A stretch of DNA of 64,000 nt from Lama guanicoe. Lineage: Eukaryota. Within the stretch, counting starts at the first letter, position 1. Each line of letters begins with the position of its first letter. The DNA lies in the NCBI GenBank assembly GCA_013239625.1, contig MU053934.1, positions 3,118,399 through 3,182,398 on the forward strand. Direction: 5' to 3'. Under the pieces are notes generated by a model. That model made no database searches. It was given only the letters and a program-made list of their open reading frames with translations, and was not told the origin of the DNA. The position numbers and the translations under genes are program-made. Below are positions 36,501-48,500 of this stretch, piece by piece.

Positions 36501-39500
36501 GTGAGCACCCTCAGACTGTGTCCTTGTCACCCTCCCTGAACCTCAGCGCCCTCAGCTCTGAAATGGGGCGAAATCCCCACTTTTAAACAAATGGGTGCAG
36601 GGTCGTAAGGCCCCCATGTACCACGCGATGGGTGCAGCAGGCCAGGGGCTGTCAGCACTGTCTCATGGGTTCAAAGCACTTGGACAGTTGTCACCTGACA
36701 GAAGGGGACAGTGGGCTGAGAGGGTTCACGAATGCACTTGTCAAATCACGAAAGGAACTGCATGAAGAGTAAAGGCAAATGAGCCCTCACTGCCCTCACG
36801 CCGTCCCACTCTCCTGGGAAAACTGTGTCCCCAGCTCTACGATGTGGGCCTCATTTTATTTCTTACCCCAAAAGAGAAAGGGGCTGGGATCGTTAAGCAT
36901 CAATCATCCTGCCTCCACCTTCATTCTCAGTGGCGGTCAGCCATGGTCGGCATTTCTGTGTCAGAATATCCAAGGTTAGTGTCTTGATGGGGTTTTGATG
37001 ATTTGCATGGAGATGTCTGGCTTCGGAAGATCAGTGTCAGGGTTGTGGCCACAGAGCCCCAGATGGGCCCGGGTGTGAGTCCCATTCTGCCACCTCCCAG
37101 CTGTGCCCCCTTGGGCAGGTCACTTAACCAGTCTGAGCCTCTGGCGCACCATCTGCAGACTGATTGGAAACCCCTCCCTTCAGAGCTGTGGTTGGGTTCA
37201 AAGGAGCTAGTGGGCGGCAAAAGCCTGGAGCCCCCGGGGCCTGAAACAGAGCAGGTGCCCAACCAGCAAGACTTTCCTTCGCCAACAGCTTGGCTTATTC
37301 ATCAGGCAAGATCCCAGATCTGCTGCAGGGATGGGAAGAAGGTGAGGGAGGTGGGGAGCCCAGCTGGAGCACAGGAGGGCCCCTGCGAGGAGATGGAGAG
37401 GATGAATAGGAGCCACTAGGCAGAGAGGAGAGGGAAGGGCATCCCAGACACAGGGAACAGCAGGTGCAAAGGCCCGTGGAGGAAGAGAGCACATGGGGGC
37501 AAAGGAAGGGCGGTCGGGAGGCTTCAAGTCGGGGACAGGAGTGGGCGCCTTGTGAGATGAGGGTGGGGCACCACGGGGACCGGTGGGTCTTATCGTCAGG
37601 ACAATGGGACGCTGTAGGAGACTGGCTGGAAGGGGCAGAGTGGAGGCAGGGACATCAGGAGGCCTTCAGTAAACCAGAGAGAGGAGCCGGGGGTCTGGGG
37701 GGGGCCATGGAAACAGAAAGAAGGTGGACAGGGCTTAGTGGTGGAGGAGACACGAGGGTGAGAGAGGTGCATGTCAAGGTGCCTCCTGGGGTCCCTGGGG
37801 GGGCCATTCCCAGAGCTTGAGGACTCAGGGAGAAGACCAGTTTGGGGGGAAATTCTAGGAGTTCCGTTTTAGTCCCAGTGACAAGTGAAATGATGGTCAG
37901 GACACAGGGGGATGGAAGGGTCTGAAGCTCTGGGAGGGGGTTAAGGCTGAGGGTATGCGTGTGAGTCCTGGGCCCGGGACAGGAAAGGGGAGCTAATATG
38001 ACCCATGAGGAGAGATGAGGAGAGAGGAGAAGCCGGCCTGGGACCCAGGGGGAGCCCCAGAGCTCACCCCTTGACCGTCCACATTAGGGATTATCCATAG
38101 AAACACGAAATTCCCACCTGGCTTCTCTCCAATAAGCAGCCTGCCTGGACTCCACCAGCAGGTGTGCCCTGGGCCAGAAGCAGGGCTTCGGAACGCAAGC
38201 CCCAGCCAGCAGGAAAACAACGAAAAGCAAACAGACAAAACACAAAAGCCTGATCTTTCACCCCAAAGTCAGCTAGAGGTGATTGGATTTTTCCACGACG
38301 GATCTCAGCCTCCCTCCCCTCCTGACAGAGGAGTTCCAGGTCCCACCTCTGGCGCTGCCTCCCCTGCTATGACCCTGCTCCTGTCTCCACAAGGATGGCC
38401 CCTCACGCCTTCCATTCCTGCATGTCCCCAACGGCATGCAGAATCCCCCTCTCTTGGGACAGAGGCTTAGGTGTTGGCAAATTGGGGTTCTGATCCCAGC
38501 ATTGCTACTTCCCTGCTGTGGGACCCTTGGCAAGTCACTTCGCCTCTCTGAGCCTCAATGTCTCAAACTGAAAAAGATCCATTTAAAAGAGTTACGAGGA
38601 TTAAATGACACAATTTATGTGGCACTGCTGGCATGGAGCAGGTGCTTTTGCACTTAGAGATTAATGAGACTCTTGCTTTGTCCCCTGGGGTAAGTGCCAC
38701 CTCCCCTCACTCTCCTGGAAACCAGGATCTCTAGACCTGCAGAGCTCAGAGTGACAGGGACAGAAAGGAAAACTCCCAAGGGGGTCACTAGAAGGTATGT
38801 GGAGCCCCTTCTGCTCCTTGTTTCTAAATGCGTGTAGGTTGCCTCTTGGGCACCGAGCACCATCTAACGGTCATTGACTTAAGGTGTATGATGCACCCTG
38901 GAGGATGGTGCCCTGTCCAAGCATTATAACGTCTCCAAACTGACACCTCAGCTGCACCTTCAGTAGGCTGCTCCATCACTCTGTCAGGCCAGTGAGCAGG
39001 CCAGTGTCTTCTGGTGGTAAAATGCATGAGAGGACCAGCAGGTCCCACGGCCACATGCTCTTCCCACACCTCCTTTACTGGAAAGAGGGTCCCTGGGTCT
39101 AATGTGAGGTTTTGCAGTGTTCTGAGTCAGCAGGTCCAGCCCTTGGACAGTACTGCTCTGTGGCCAAGGCTCTGTGGGCAGGAAAGGCCACCACATATCC
39201 AGAACATGTGTGGATTCCTGGTGAGATGAATCACTGACTTTTGCAGAAGGGAAGGGACCCAATGCAACTGATTTGCCACCAAGTTGCTGGTAGGTCTTCT
39301 GGAGAAACGATGGGTCCTTGTTGCTGGCAGGTCTGATACTCAGCAGTGGCAGGGCGATGCCAGTGGCAGAGCGAGCCTGGGTGATGGAGTTCACACCTAG
39401 CCTCCACAGGGGCCACATGGTTACTTCATTTGGATACCACTGCACCAGCACTGGACTGGCCAATCAGAGACTGGCTGATGTCAACTGGCTGAATCATTCT

Positions 39501-42500
39501 GTCTGCCTGGTGGTTTAGCGCCTCCCCTGTGGTGGGTGCTTGCTGGGGAACATCAGTGTGCTTTACAAACATCTTCCCACTCTGTGCCCACTCCCATCGG
39601 GCCACCCACTTGCCTCTTCCCCAGACCTCTCTGTTCCCAGTCTTCCTTCTTTCCTTCTTTCTGACCAGTAAGGCAAGCCATCCTCCACTGCCCATGAATG
39701 CATATGTGTTCTTACTCACACCACTTCCCTTTCCACACGAAATAGATGACTCGGTGCCCTGCCCTGTGCTCTGCCCACTGGGAGGACTTCTCCCCACTGT
39801 CTTTCTGGGTCACTTTGAGCAGAACTGTAATTCAGTAACTGTCCAGTTTAACTCATAACCACACCCTGAGCCATCCGTCCTGGAACCAAGTCCAGGCATT
39901 TTTCTCCTTTATCAGAAGGTCATAAGGGACCCATCCATGAAGATACGGTGTGAGCTGAGGGATCTGGTGCAACAGCAGTAGATGACATACGGGTCTGGGT
40001 CACCCGTCCCTGGGGCTTACTGGAGACTTCTGTCTCTGCTCACACCTGTTTCTGGGTGAACCACTTAGAAAGGACTGCTGTTGGGCACATTTGACTTTAT
40101 AACTTGGTGAGTCAGACGGACCCACCCTGCTTGCTTGACCAGGGGAATCATTACCATATATACTTGCTAAAATGTTTCAGGAGCCTTGCTTTTGGGGACC
40201 TGGTCTCTTCTTCAGTCAACAGAGCCTGGATCTAAAAACCAGTCAAGGGGTCTTGGCTTTTTATGCAGTGACTGCCCTGTGGGAGGGGCAGATCCTTGGG
40301 CAAAGCAGCTCCATTTGGGCTAAGTTCCTGGGCAGGGACTCAGCTGTGAGCCATCAGCAGGTGATACACACTCACCCCCAGCAGCTGAGGGAGTGGGTGC
40401 CTTGGTCCCGAAGGGGAGACCTGGATGGCGTCTATTATACATGTGTTGCACCCTGACCATATGTCAGATCCTTGCTGCGTGTTTGGCAAAATTCAGCTTT
40501 TTTAATCCAGACAACCACCATCTAGGTTATGGTTCACGTTTCAGAGACAAGGACACTGTATTTGTTGAGTTTCAGGTATAGCTGCTGTAACTAAGAGACT
40601 CAGAAAAACAGTGACTGAGACATTCTCAGAACTTATTTCTCTCTCATTGAAAAGTCCAAGTGGGTAGCTGGCCCAGGGGAATATGATGACTCTTCTCCAC
40701 ATGGTTGCTCAGAGCCCGGGCTCCTTCTAGCTTGGCACCTGCTTCCACCTCAAAGCCCGGGATGGCTGCTCAGTCCATGGGAGGGGGAAGTCGGGAAAGG
40801 GAGCCCTCAATAGTGTCTCTGCTTTCATTTGGGAGGTATCATATCTGTCCTTGTAAAACCTTTAAGAAACAAGACTAGGCACTTCCCAAAGCTAGGACTT
40901 GAGAGTCGGGAGGTTTTGGGCAGGCAGACAGGAAAAGGCATCCCAGGGTGGAGGAGCTGTAGAGGCAAAGGTGGGGAAGTACGACTGAGAGTTAGACCAC
41001 TGGGGGCAGTGTGGGGCGGGCAGGCTGGACTGGCGGCTCTTGTTGAGAATGGGGAGTGAGGCTTACTGGAAAAGCCAGGGAGACTACAGAGGCCCTAGGA
41101 CCAGGATGAGGGCTTTTCCCTCTAAGGAATAAGAGGTCTGTGGAGATTTCGACCAGAAGAATGTCACAGATGGGACAGGAAGCCTGGCGTAAGGTAGAGG
41201 TGGCTCAGCTGACTCAGCTGTAGAAATGGTTATATCACCACCTCGCACAGAACACCAGCACCCCCGTGTCTCCTGTAATTCATTTCCAGGCGAAGAGGGA
41301 AGAACCCAGGCTTTGTAGGCAGCTGAATCCAAGTCCCACCCTGGCTCAGCAACTTGTCCCTTCGGGACCCTGGCCAGGTCATCTCGCCTCTCTGAGCTTC
41401 AGTGTCTGGGGCAGGAACTGTGAAATGTCCCCCCCTCCTTCCAGTTTCCCCATCTTACGGAGTAAAGCTGTCAGGACCACCCCACTAAAGGCTCATTACC
41501 CAGCCTCCCTTGCAGGTAGCCATGGCCATGTGACTACATCTGGCCAATGGGATGTGAAGCACAATGAGACGCCACTTCCTGGTCATGCAAATGAATGAGT
41601 GAATAACCAACAGACATGTGATCCAGTGAAGGAGTAAATTAAAGTTCCAGGGAAGGACAAACGCCTTCGGCAAGTGTTGTACTGAGTACCTGCTGTGTGT
41701 CAGGCTCTTTCTAGGGGCTGAGGAGGCAGCAGCAAGCAAAATTGTTGAAGGGTTTGTTCTCTTGGGGCTGAGAGCGAAGTGAGTAGAACACAGAAGATGC
41801 AAGTAAACAAGATGGCTTAGGGGGTCTGTACCCAGACGGGTAGAGGAGACATAAAGCTGATAGGAGAGGAGGGTGGGGGAGGGATTGCTTTAGACAGGGC
41901 AGTCAGGGAAGGCCTCTTGGAGGAGGTGACACCTGGGCCAAGGCCAAGGTGAAGAGGGCAAGCAAGGCATGGGTTTCTGGAGAGAAGAGGGCCCTGGGGG
42001 AGTGAGAGCTGGCTGGGGTGGCTGGAGCCCAGTGATGGGGGGAGGGCAGGGATGAGCCAGTGACCACTGGTGCTTCTCTCTCCAGACCCAGGGGAGCTAA
42101 GCAGCATGGAGACGGAGGAGCTGCAGCAGATCAAATGGCACCGGAAGCAGCTTCTGGAGGACATCCAGGTGTGCTCGCCTCACACACAGATACACATGCT
42201 CTTGTCCACACACAGGCTCACGCCGACACGCCCTCAAACCACACTCACCCACAAGCCGACACTCAGACATGCTCAAGCACCTCCGCGCTCACCCCTGACC
42301 CAGCCTGGGCTGAGAGCGGGGCCGGACTCCAGCCCACAGGTAGCCTCAGCCCCAGCCCCCAGGAGCAGAGAACAGAACTCCCAGGGGCCTCCCCACTCCT
42401 GGGCTCAGCCGCCAGGACCCAGAGACAGCCAGGAGAGTGGGGGATGGAAAGGGGGCTACTGATGAAGCAGCTACTGTGTGCCAAGCTGCACCTGGGGCTC

Positions 42501-45500
42501 TGTCCCCCTCACGGCATGTCAGGTTTTCCTGCCACCTATGTGGTGCATCGCCACCCTGGGCCTCAGCTTCATCTCCCCTAAAGTGTAGGCCATTTGTTCT
42601 AGATCACACCAGCAATGTGTGCCCAGCACTTGCCAATTCACCAGTTTCTCAGAGGTTAGCTCATCTGATTCCCAGCAACCGTCTGAGACATGCTCTGCTT
42701 CTGTTCACAGACTGTGCTGTGCTCAGCCCTGCCCCCGGGCCTTTGCACTCCTGGTTCCCTCCACCTGGGATTCTCTCAAGCCCTCCTCATGGCTCTGCCT
42801 TCTCCTTATTTTATTCTGGGCTCACATGTCTCTCCTGCTAGATGCCGCCCTCACCCCCCCACCACCCCATGTACCCCTAAGATTCTAGGGAAAGTCAAAG
42901 GCACAAGGTCATTCACTCAGCATGTGATTTACACCTACCACATGCCAGGCTCTTTCTATACCATTATTCTGACTGCTTCTGCATGGTCCTTTCACTGGAT
43001 CCGTGACCACCATGATCCCAACCCCACGGGCCTGTGAGCTCCACATAAGGAGAGCCTGGGTCTGTTTCCCACCACTGTATTCCCCAGCCCAATAGCCAGA
43101 GCATAGTACGTGCTCAATTAACACTTGCTAGTGAGCCCTCATTTTATTTGTGGAGAAGACACTCAGGGATTCAGCCAAGATCACATGGACAGGAGCTGAC
43201 TGGGCTCAGATAGAGGCTCCAGGCCCCATCCTGACCCTGGGTCCCAAGACAAGCCCCCAGGATTACCCTCATCCCAAAGATCTTGGAGGAGGAGAGGGGT
43301 GCCTTCGGGGGCTCTGGCCAGATGCTCATGTTGCTGCCCTGCGGGGGGATGCTGGGCCAGCTGCCACTTCTCCCCGTCTGCCCGGTGTTGGTGTTGGCAG
43401 AGTTGAGGATCTCCACTGCCACTGGGCACCTCCTGCCAGGTCAAGATGATAAAGACTTGGGGGGTGGGGCATGGGGGAAGGCACAGGCTTGGAGTCAGAT
43501 GTTGGACACGTCACTTCACCTCTCTGCACATCAGTGTCCTCTCCTGTAAACTCCACTGGAATTGCAAAGCCCCTGAGAAGACGGCCTGGGCTGTCTTGCA
43601 CCCTCATGTACCCATGGTACCTGGCTCATCATGGGCACTGGATCTAGGGCGAGGGACTGGATGGAAGGAAACCAGAGAGGAGGGGGGCCTGATCAGAAGG
43701 CAGGAATTTGTGCCTCCTGACTGGGAAGGCAGGAGGGAGCCATGGACGGAGTTTGAGCAGAAGAAAGGCAGGCACCAAGCTGTGCTTCAGAAAAATGGCA
43801 GCTGGGTGGAGAAGGGCTTGTCAGGAAGGTTTGGCTCAAGGGCAGGACACTTTTCAGCTGCAGAGGCGAGGGATGGGAGGGCGGGAAATAGAGTGGGGAA
43901 GAGGGTGGTGACTGGGGGCTCCCTCACCCCACAGGAGCCCTGGGAGAATTAAGTGTAAACAGAGGCTATATGTTTGGCTTGGGATTTTGAAGATATAAGA
44001 CATCTGGGAACGGGATCTGCCAGGGGAAGGTCCCTCAGTAGTGGCTCAAGGCAGACAGGTTTGGGATTCACACCCAGGGTTGGGAGCTCTTGTGTGGGAG
44101 GGTGGAGGGTGGTGGACCCCTTTCCTCCACCCTCTGACTCTCCCTCCCCCGTCATGCCCCTGACACCCCACAGAAACTCAAGGACGAGATTGCAGACGTG
44201 TTTGCCCAAATTGACTGCTTCGAGACGGCAGAGGAGAGGTGAGGGGCCTGGCAGGGGAGCCTGGGAGCTGCCACAGTGGTTTCACAAGGTTGCCACACGC
44301 CATGAGTGACTGTGAATGAGCAGAGGCCACTCCAGGGCTGGGGCCCTGGTGAAATCAGAGATCCAGTCCCCAAAGGTGAGGCAGGGGAGTGAGAGAGGAA
44401 TAGGATGACCCTGACACTCCATCCCGTGGTCTGGTCTGGTCTGGTCCTTACTTCCAGACAGCCCCTCTCTTCAGCAACAACCCCATCCTCCCACCGCCTC
44501 CACCCAGAGACTCTGACCCCACTCCTGACCAACAGCTGGCCAGGAGCATCCTGGGAGGGGCCAGGGAGAAGGAAAGCTCCGCCCCAAGGACAAGGACGAG
44601 GAAGCCAAGGGCCATACAGGGACAGGAGCCTGGCCCGTGGCAAGGCTGAGGTTGGTCCACCTTCCCCTACCCGTAGGGTATCATCCACCCTGCCTCTTCT
44701 ATGGGAAGACTCAACCAACTCTGTGACCTGGATTTGGTCCACTTGCCTCTCTGGGCCTCAGTCTCCCTCTTTGTGCAATGAGAAGGTTCATCCCTGAATA
44801 ATCCCTAGGGCCCCAGGGCACCGTCTCCTACATATGGTGTCCCAGGAGATCCCCACCCTGCCCCTGCCACCCCTCAATTCTCTGATGCTTCTGATTGCCA
44901 CCTCTCTAGCCCGCACACCAAAGCACACGCACACACACTCACACACGTACATACATGGCCCACATGACTCCAGATCCCCTACTCCAGCCCCAGTGATGAC
45001 AACAACATAACGTTTACAGAGCAACTGCCATCAGCTTTTTTCAACGCTTTAACCTCTCAGCAATGCTGGGGTGCAGGTGATGGAGTCCCTCTCATTTTAT
45101 TTATTTATTTTAATTAATTAATTTTAGTTTGGGGGGAGGGGGAGGGAGGTAATTAGGTTTATTTATATTTGGAGGAGGTACTGGGGATTGAACCCAGGAC
45201 CTCATGCATGCTAAGCATGCGCTCTATCACTACCACTTGAGCTATACCCTCCCCCTGAGTCACTTCCATCTTACAGATGAGGAAACTGAGTCCCAGAGAG
45301 GTGAAGCAACTTGCCCTGAGTGTCTCAGCCAGCAAGCGCTGGAGTGGGATTTGCGCCAGGAGTCTGGCTGCAGAGCCTGTGCCCTCATCCCCAGCCTCCC
45401 CAGTATCTTGCTCCCACTCCAAGCACAGGGCCCCTCAAAATTCTCCCCCCAGAACAACTCTGGGTCCTGAGGCCACAGCTCAGGAACTGGTTAAAGTGCT

Positions 45501-48500
45501 GGTGCTGGGCCCATTGGAAGTCTGGTTTCATAGCTCAGGGAGGGGCCCAGACCCTGCCTTTCTCACCTTCTCCCAGGTGATTCCGGCGCAGGCCCTTAGG
45601 GAATATTGGCTCTAGCTGAGGAGAGCATCCCCGGGATTGGCGGGGTGCCCTGGGGCCCTGGGCTGCCCAAGCTGACGTCTTCCTGTCTACAGCCGGATGG
45701 CCCAGAAGGAGAAGGAACTGTGCATCGGGCGCAAGAAGTTCAACATGGACCCGGTGAAGGTGGGCAGTGCCGGGGCTCGCGTCAGGGGGTCGGGGGAGCT
45801 GTGGGCTGGGCACCTCCACAATGCCCTCTTCTTCCCCTCAACTGACACAACTACCCACTCTGCAGATGGGGAAACGGAGGCCCAGCTGGGCTCAGCATCT
45901 TGTCCATGGCTGGGGCCCTGCTAACCCCTCAGCATAGCAGCCCCAGGGCCTGAGGTGGGAGCCAGGTGGATGAGGTGGGGTCTGTGATGTCTGCAGACTT
46001 GGGGTCCCTTGGCTCTGGGCCTCTGTCTCCCCGTCTGTGAGTAGGACTTTGCACAGTGGGGCCCTTAGACTCTGGGGCTCAGTCTTCAGAAGTGTCTTCC
46101 AGCCTCTCGGCTAGAGGGAGCCAGCCCTGGGACGCTGGCACAGAGAGCCGAGCACGGGGAGCTCAGGGCTGAGCTGTGCTCTAACCCCCATCCTCCGCCC
46201 CGCCCCCTACTGGCCTCAGAGGTGGCAGCTGGGCTCCTTTCCAGGAGAAACAGAGACAGGAGGAAGCCACAAGCTGACACACACAGGTGGGGTCAGGGCA
46301 GCCAAGGGGTCCCTGGAAATTTACTGCTCTGGTTTAGAAGGCTGCCTCTCTTCCCTATCACAGGCCACCAACTTCACACACCCATCCACCTCCCACAGCC
46401 ACAGAAACCGGACCCATGCCCCCATCCACGTGGAACACACTAACGCACGCCCCTGCCTGGGAGGGGCCTTTGAGGAGTCCCCAGGGCCATCTGCTGTCAC
46501 TCAGAGCCCTCCACAGCCTGTCCCCATCTTCCAGCAGCCTCTTCTCCAAAAGGAACAGGGACACAAAGGAATCATCACAGAAAACCAGAGACCAGCCCCT
46601 CAAACTCCTAAAATTAGAATGACAGACTTGGAGTGCCCGGGTTGTGGGGAGCGATGGCTGTGATATTGTCAAATCAGAAAAGCAGGTTTCGAGCAGGAAA
46701 TCGGGCGAGGCACACTCCCATCTTCACACACAAAGCGGAGGACAGGACCCGCCGGGAAAGTGTCTCCCTCTGAGTGGTGGGACCGGGCAATCTCCTCTCC
46801 TTTTGATTAAGCTGGCTTTTTGCTAATTTTTATACAATGGACATAGATTACTTGTAAGAAAAAAAAAGATGAAATACTATTTTTAAATAACATCAATTTT
46901 AAGGGGACAAAAGGAATGGCTGAATCATTCCATCTTAAAATTATCAATTCGTAGAATCATTGAAGCATAAAATCAAAATGTGCCAGACTGAAGTGGACCC
47001 TGGGGAGCCCCTGGCATGAACCTGCTTCATCGCAGGAACCCTGTCTCTCTTTGCACGCCTCCGCTGATGGGGAACTCACCACCTTACAAAGGGAACGTCC
47101 CAGAACAAGCTATGCCAATGCCAGAATGCCAGGCCCCAGGGCGCTGGCCACAGGGACTCCCTTCCATCCTCCTCCCAGGCCAGCTGTTGGGTGGGGCTGC
47201 TCACAGCCTCTGTGTACTACCTCCAGGGCATCCAGTATCTCATTGAGCACAAGCTGCTGACCCATGACGTCCAAGACATCGCCCAGTTCTTGTACAAGGG
47301 TGAAGGCCTCAACAAGACGGCCATCGGTACCTACTTGGGGGAGAGGTAAGGAGGACAGGGCCTTAGGGAGGCAGGGAATGAGGGTGTGCAGGTGTGCACA
47401 GATAGGTGTAGGTAACTATGGGAATGCATCCTATTAGACAAGTCATAACTTCTGGGGCTTCAGCGGGCCAGCTGATCACTTCCCTCCAGATTCTGAGCCA
47501 AAGCCTGCCTGCCTTCATTCTTTCCTTCATTTAGAAAACAAGTAGATATTTTTAGGATCTATTGTGCACCAGGCAGTGTTCTAAGCCCTGGATCTACACC
47601 AGTGAACAAAGCTGACTGCCCTCGGGGAGGTACGTTCTAGTGGGGAAGACAGATCCCAAAATATGTTAAGTAAGTTAGAATACTAGAAGTGCTTTGGAAT
47701 ACCAATAAAGCAGGGAAGGGGGAGGAGAAGCTCTGGGAACCAGGCGTCGAAAGCTGTGACTTTCAATAGTGTGGACATGAAGGCTCTCACAAAGAAGGTG
47801 ACCTTTGAGTGAAACTTAAAGGAGGTGAGCAGTGTAGACATCTGGGGGAAGAGCATTCCTGGCAGAAGGAAGGGCATGTGCAAAGGCCCTGAGGCAGAAG
47901 CCTGCTCAAGAAATAGCGGGGCTAGTGAGACTGGAAGACAGCAAGGGAGGAAGGAAGTAGTAGGCAACAAGGTGGCACCCGAGAGAGGGTTTTGGGCAGA
48001 GGAGTCGTCTAAGGGGACCCCTCTGGGTGCTGAGTTGGGGATAGGCTGTAGGGGACAAGCATGGAGCTGGGCTAGGGAGCCAGCAACCCTTCTTCCAGGC
48101 TCCCCAGAGGACACACTCCTCCTAAGCAAGCAGGGGATGCAGGTGGCAAGATGGGCAGTGCTTTCCAATTTAAGATCTGGGAAGAGGCAGGAAATGGGGG
48201 TAGGCATGGTTCTCTCCATGTTACAGATGAGGACACTGGGGCTGGGGGAGGTCAGGTGGCTTGAGTAGGGTCACACAGGCAGGAAGTAAAAGAGGAAGGC
48301 TTTGACTCGGGGCAAGCCACTCCGAAGCCAGAGCTCCCCTCCTGGGTGAGAACAGTGCTGGTGTGCCGTGGTTGGCGGGGCCAGCTGTGTGTAGGACATG
48401 GGTGTTCAAGTGAAAGTCAGGGGGACGGTGATGTGGGCTCAGACAGATGTGAGCGACCAGTTGGCGGCTGGATATGGAAGGAGGATATCTCTCCCCTCCT

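Noticed and set aside
45175..45254. tRNA-like sequences here and at 51330-51402
   Set aside because: They have SINE bodies, A-rich tails and (for the second) a TSD, with degenerate cloverleaves; SINE heads, not tRNA genes.
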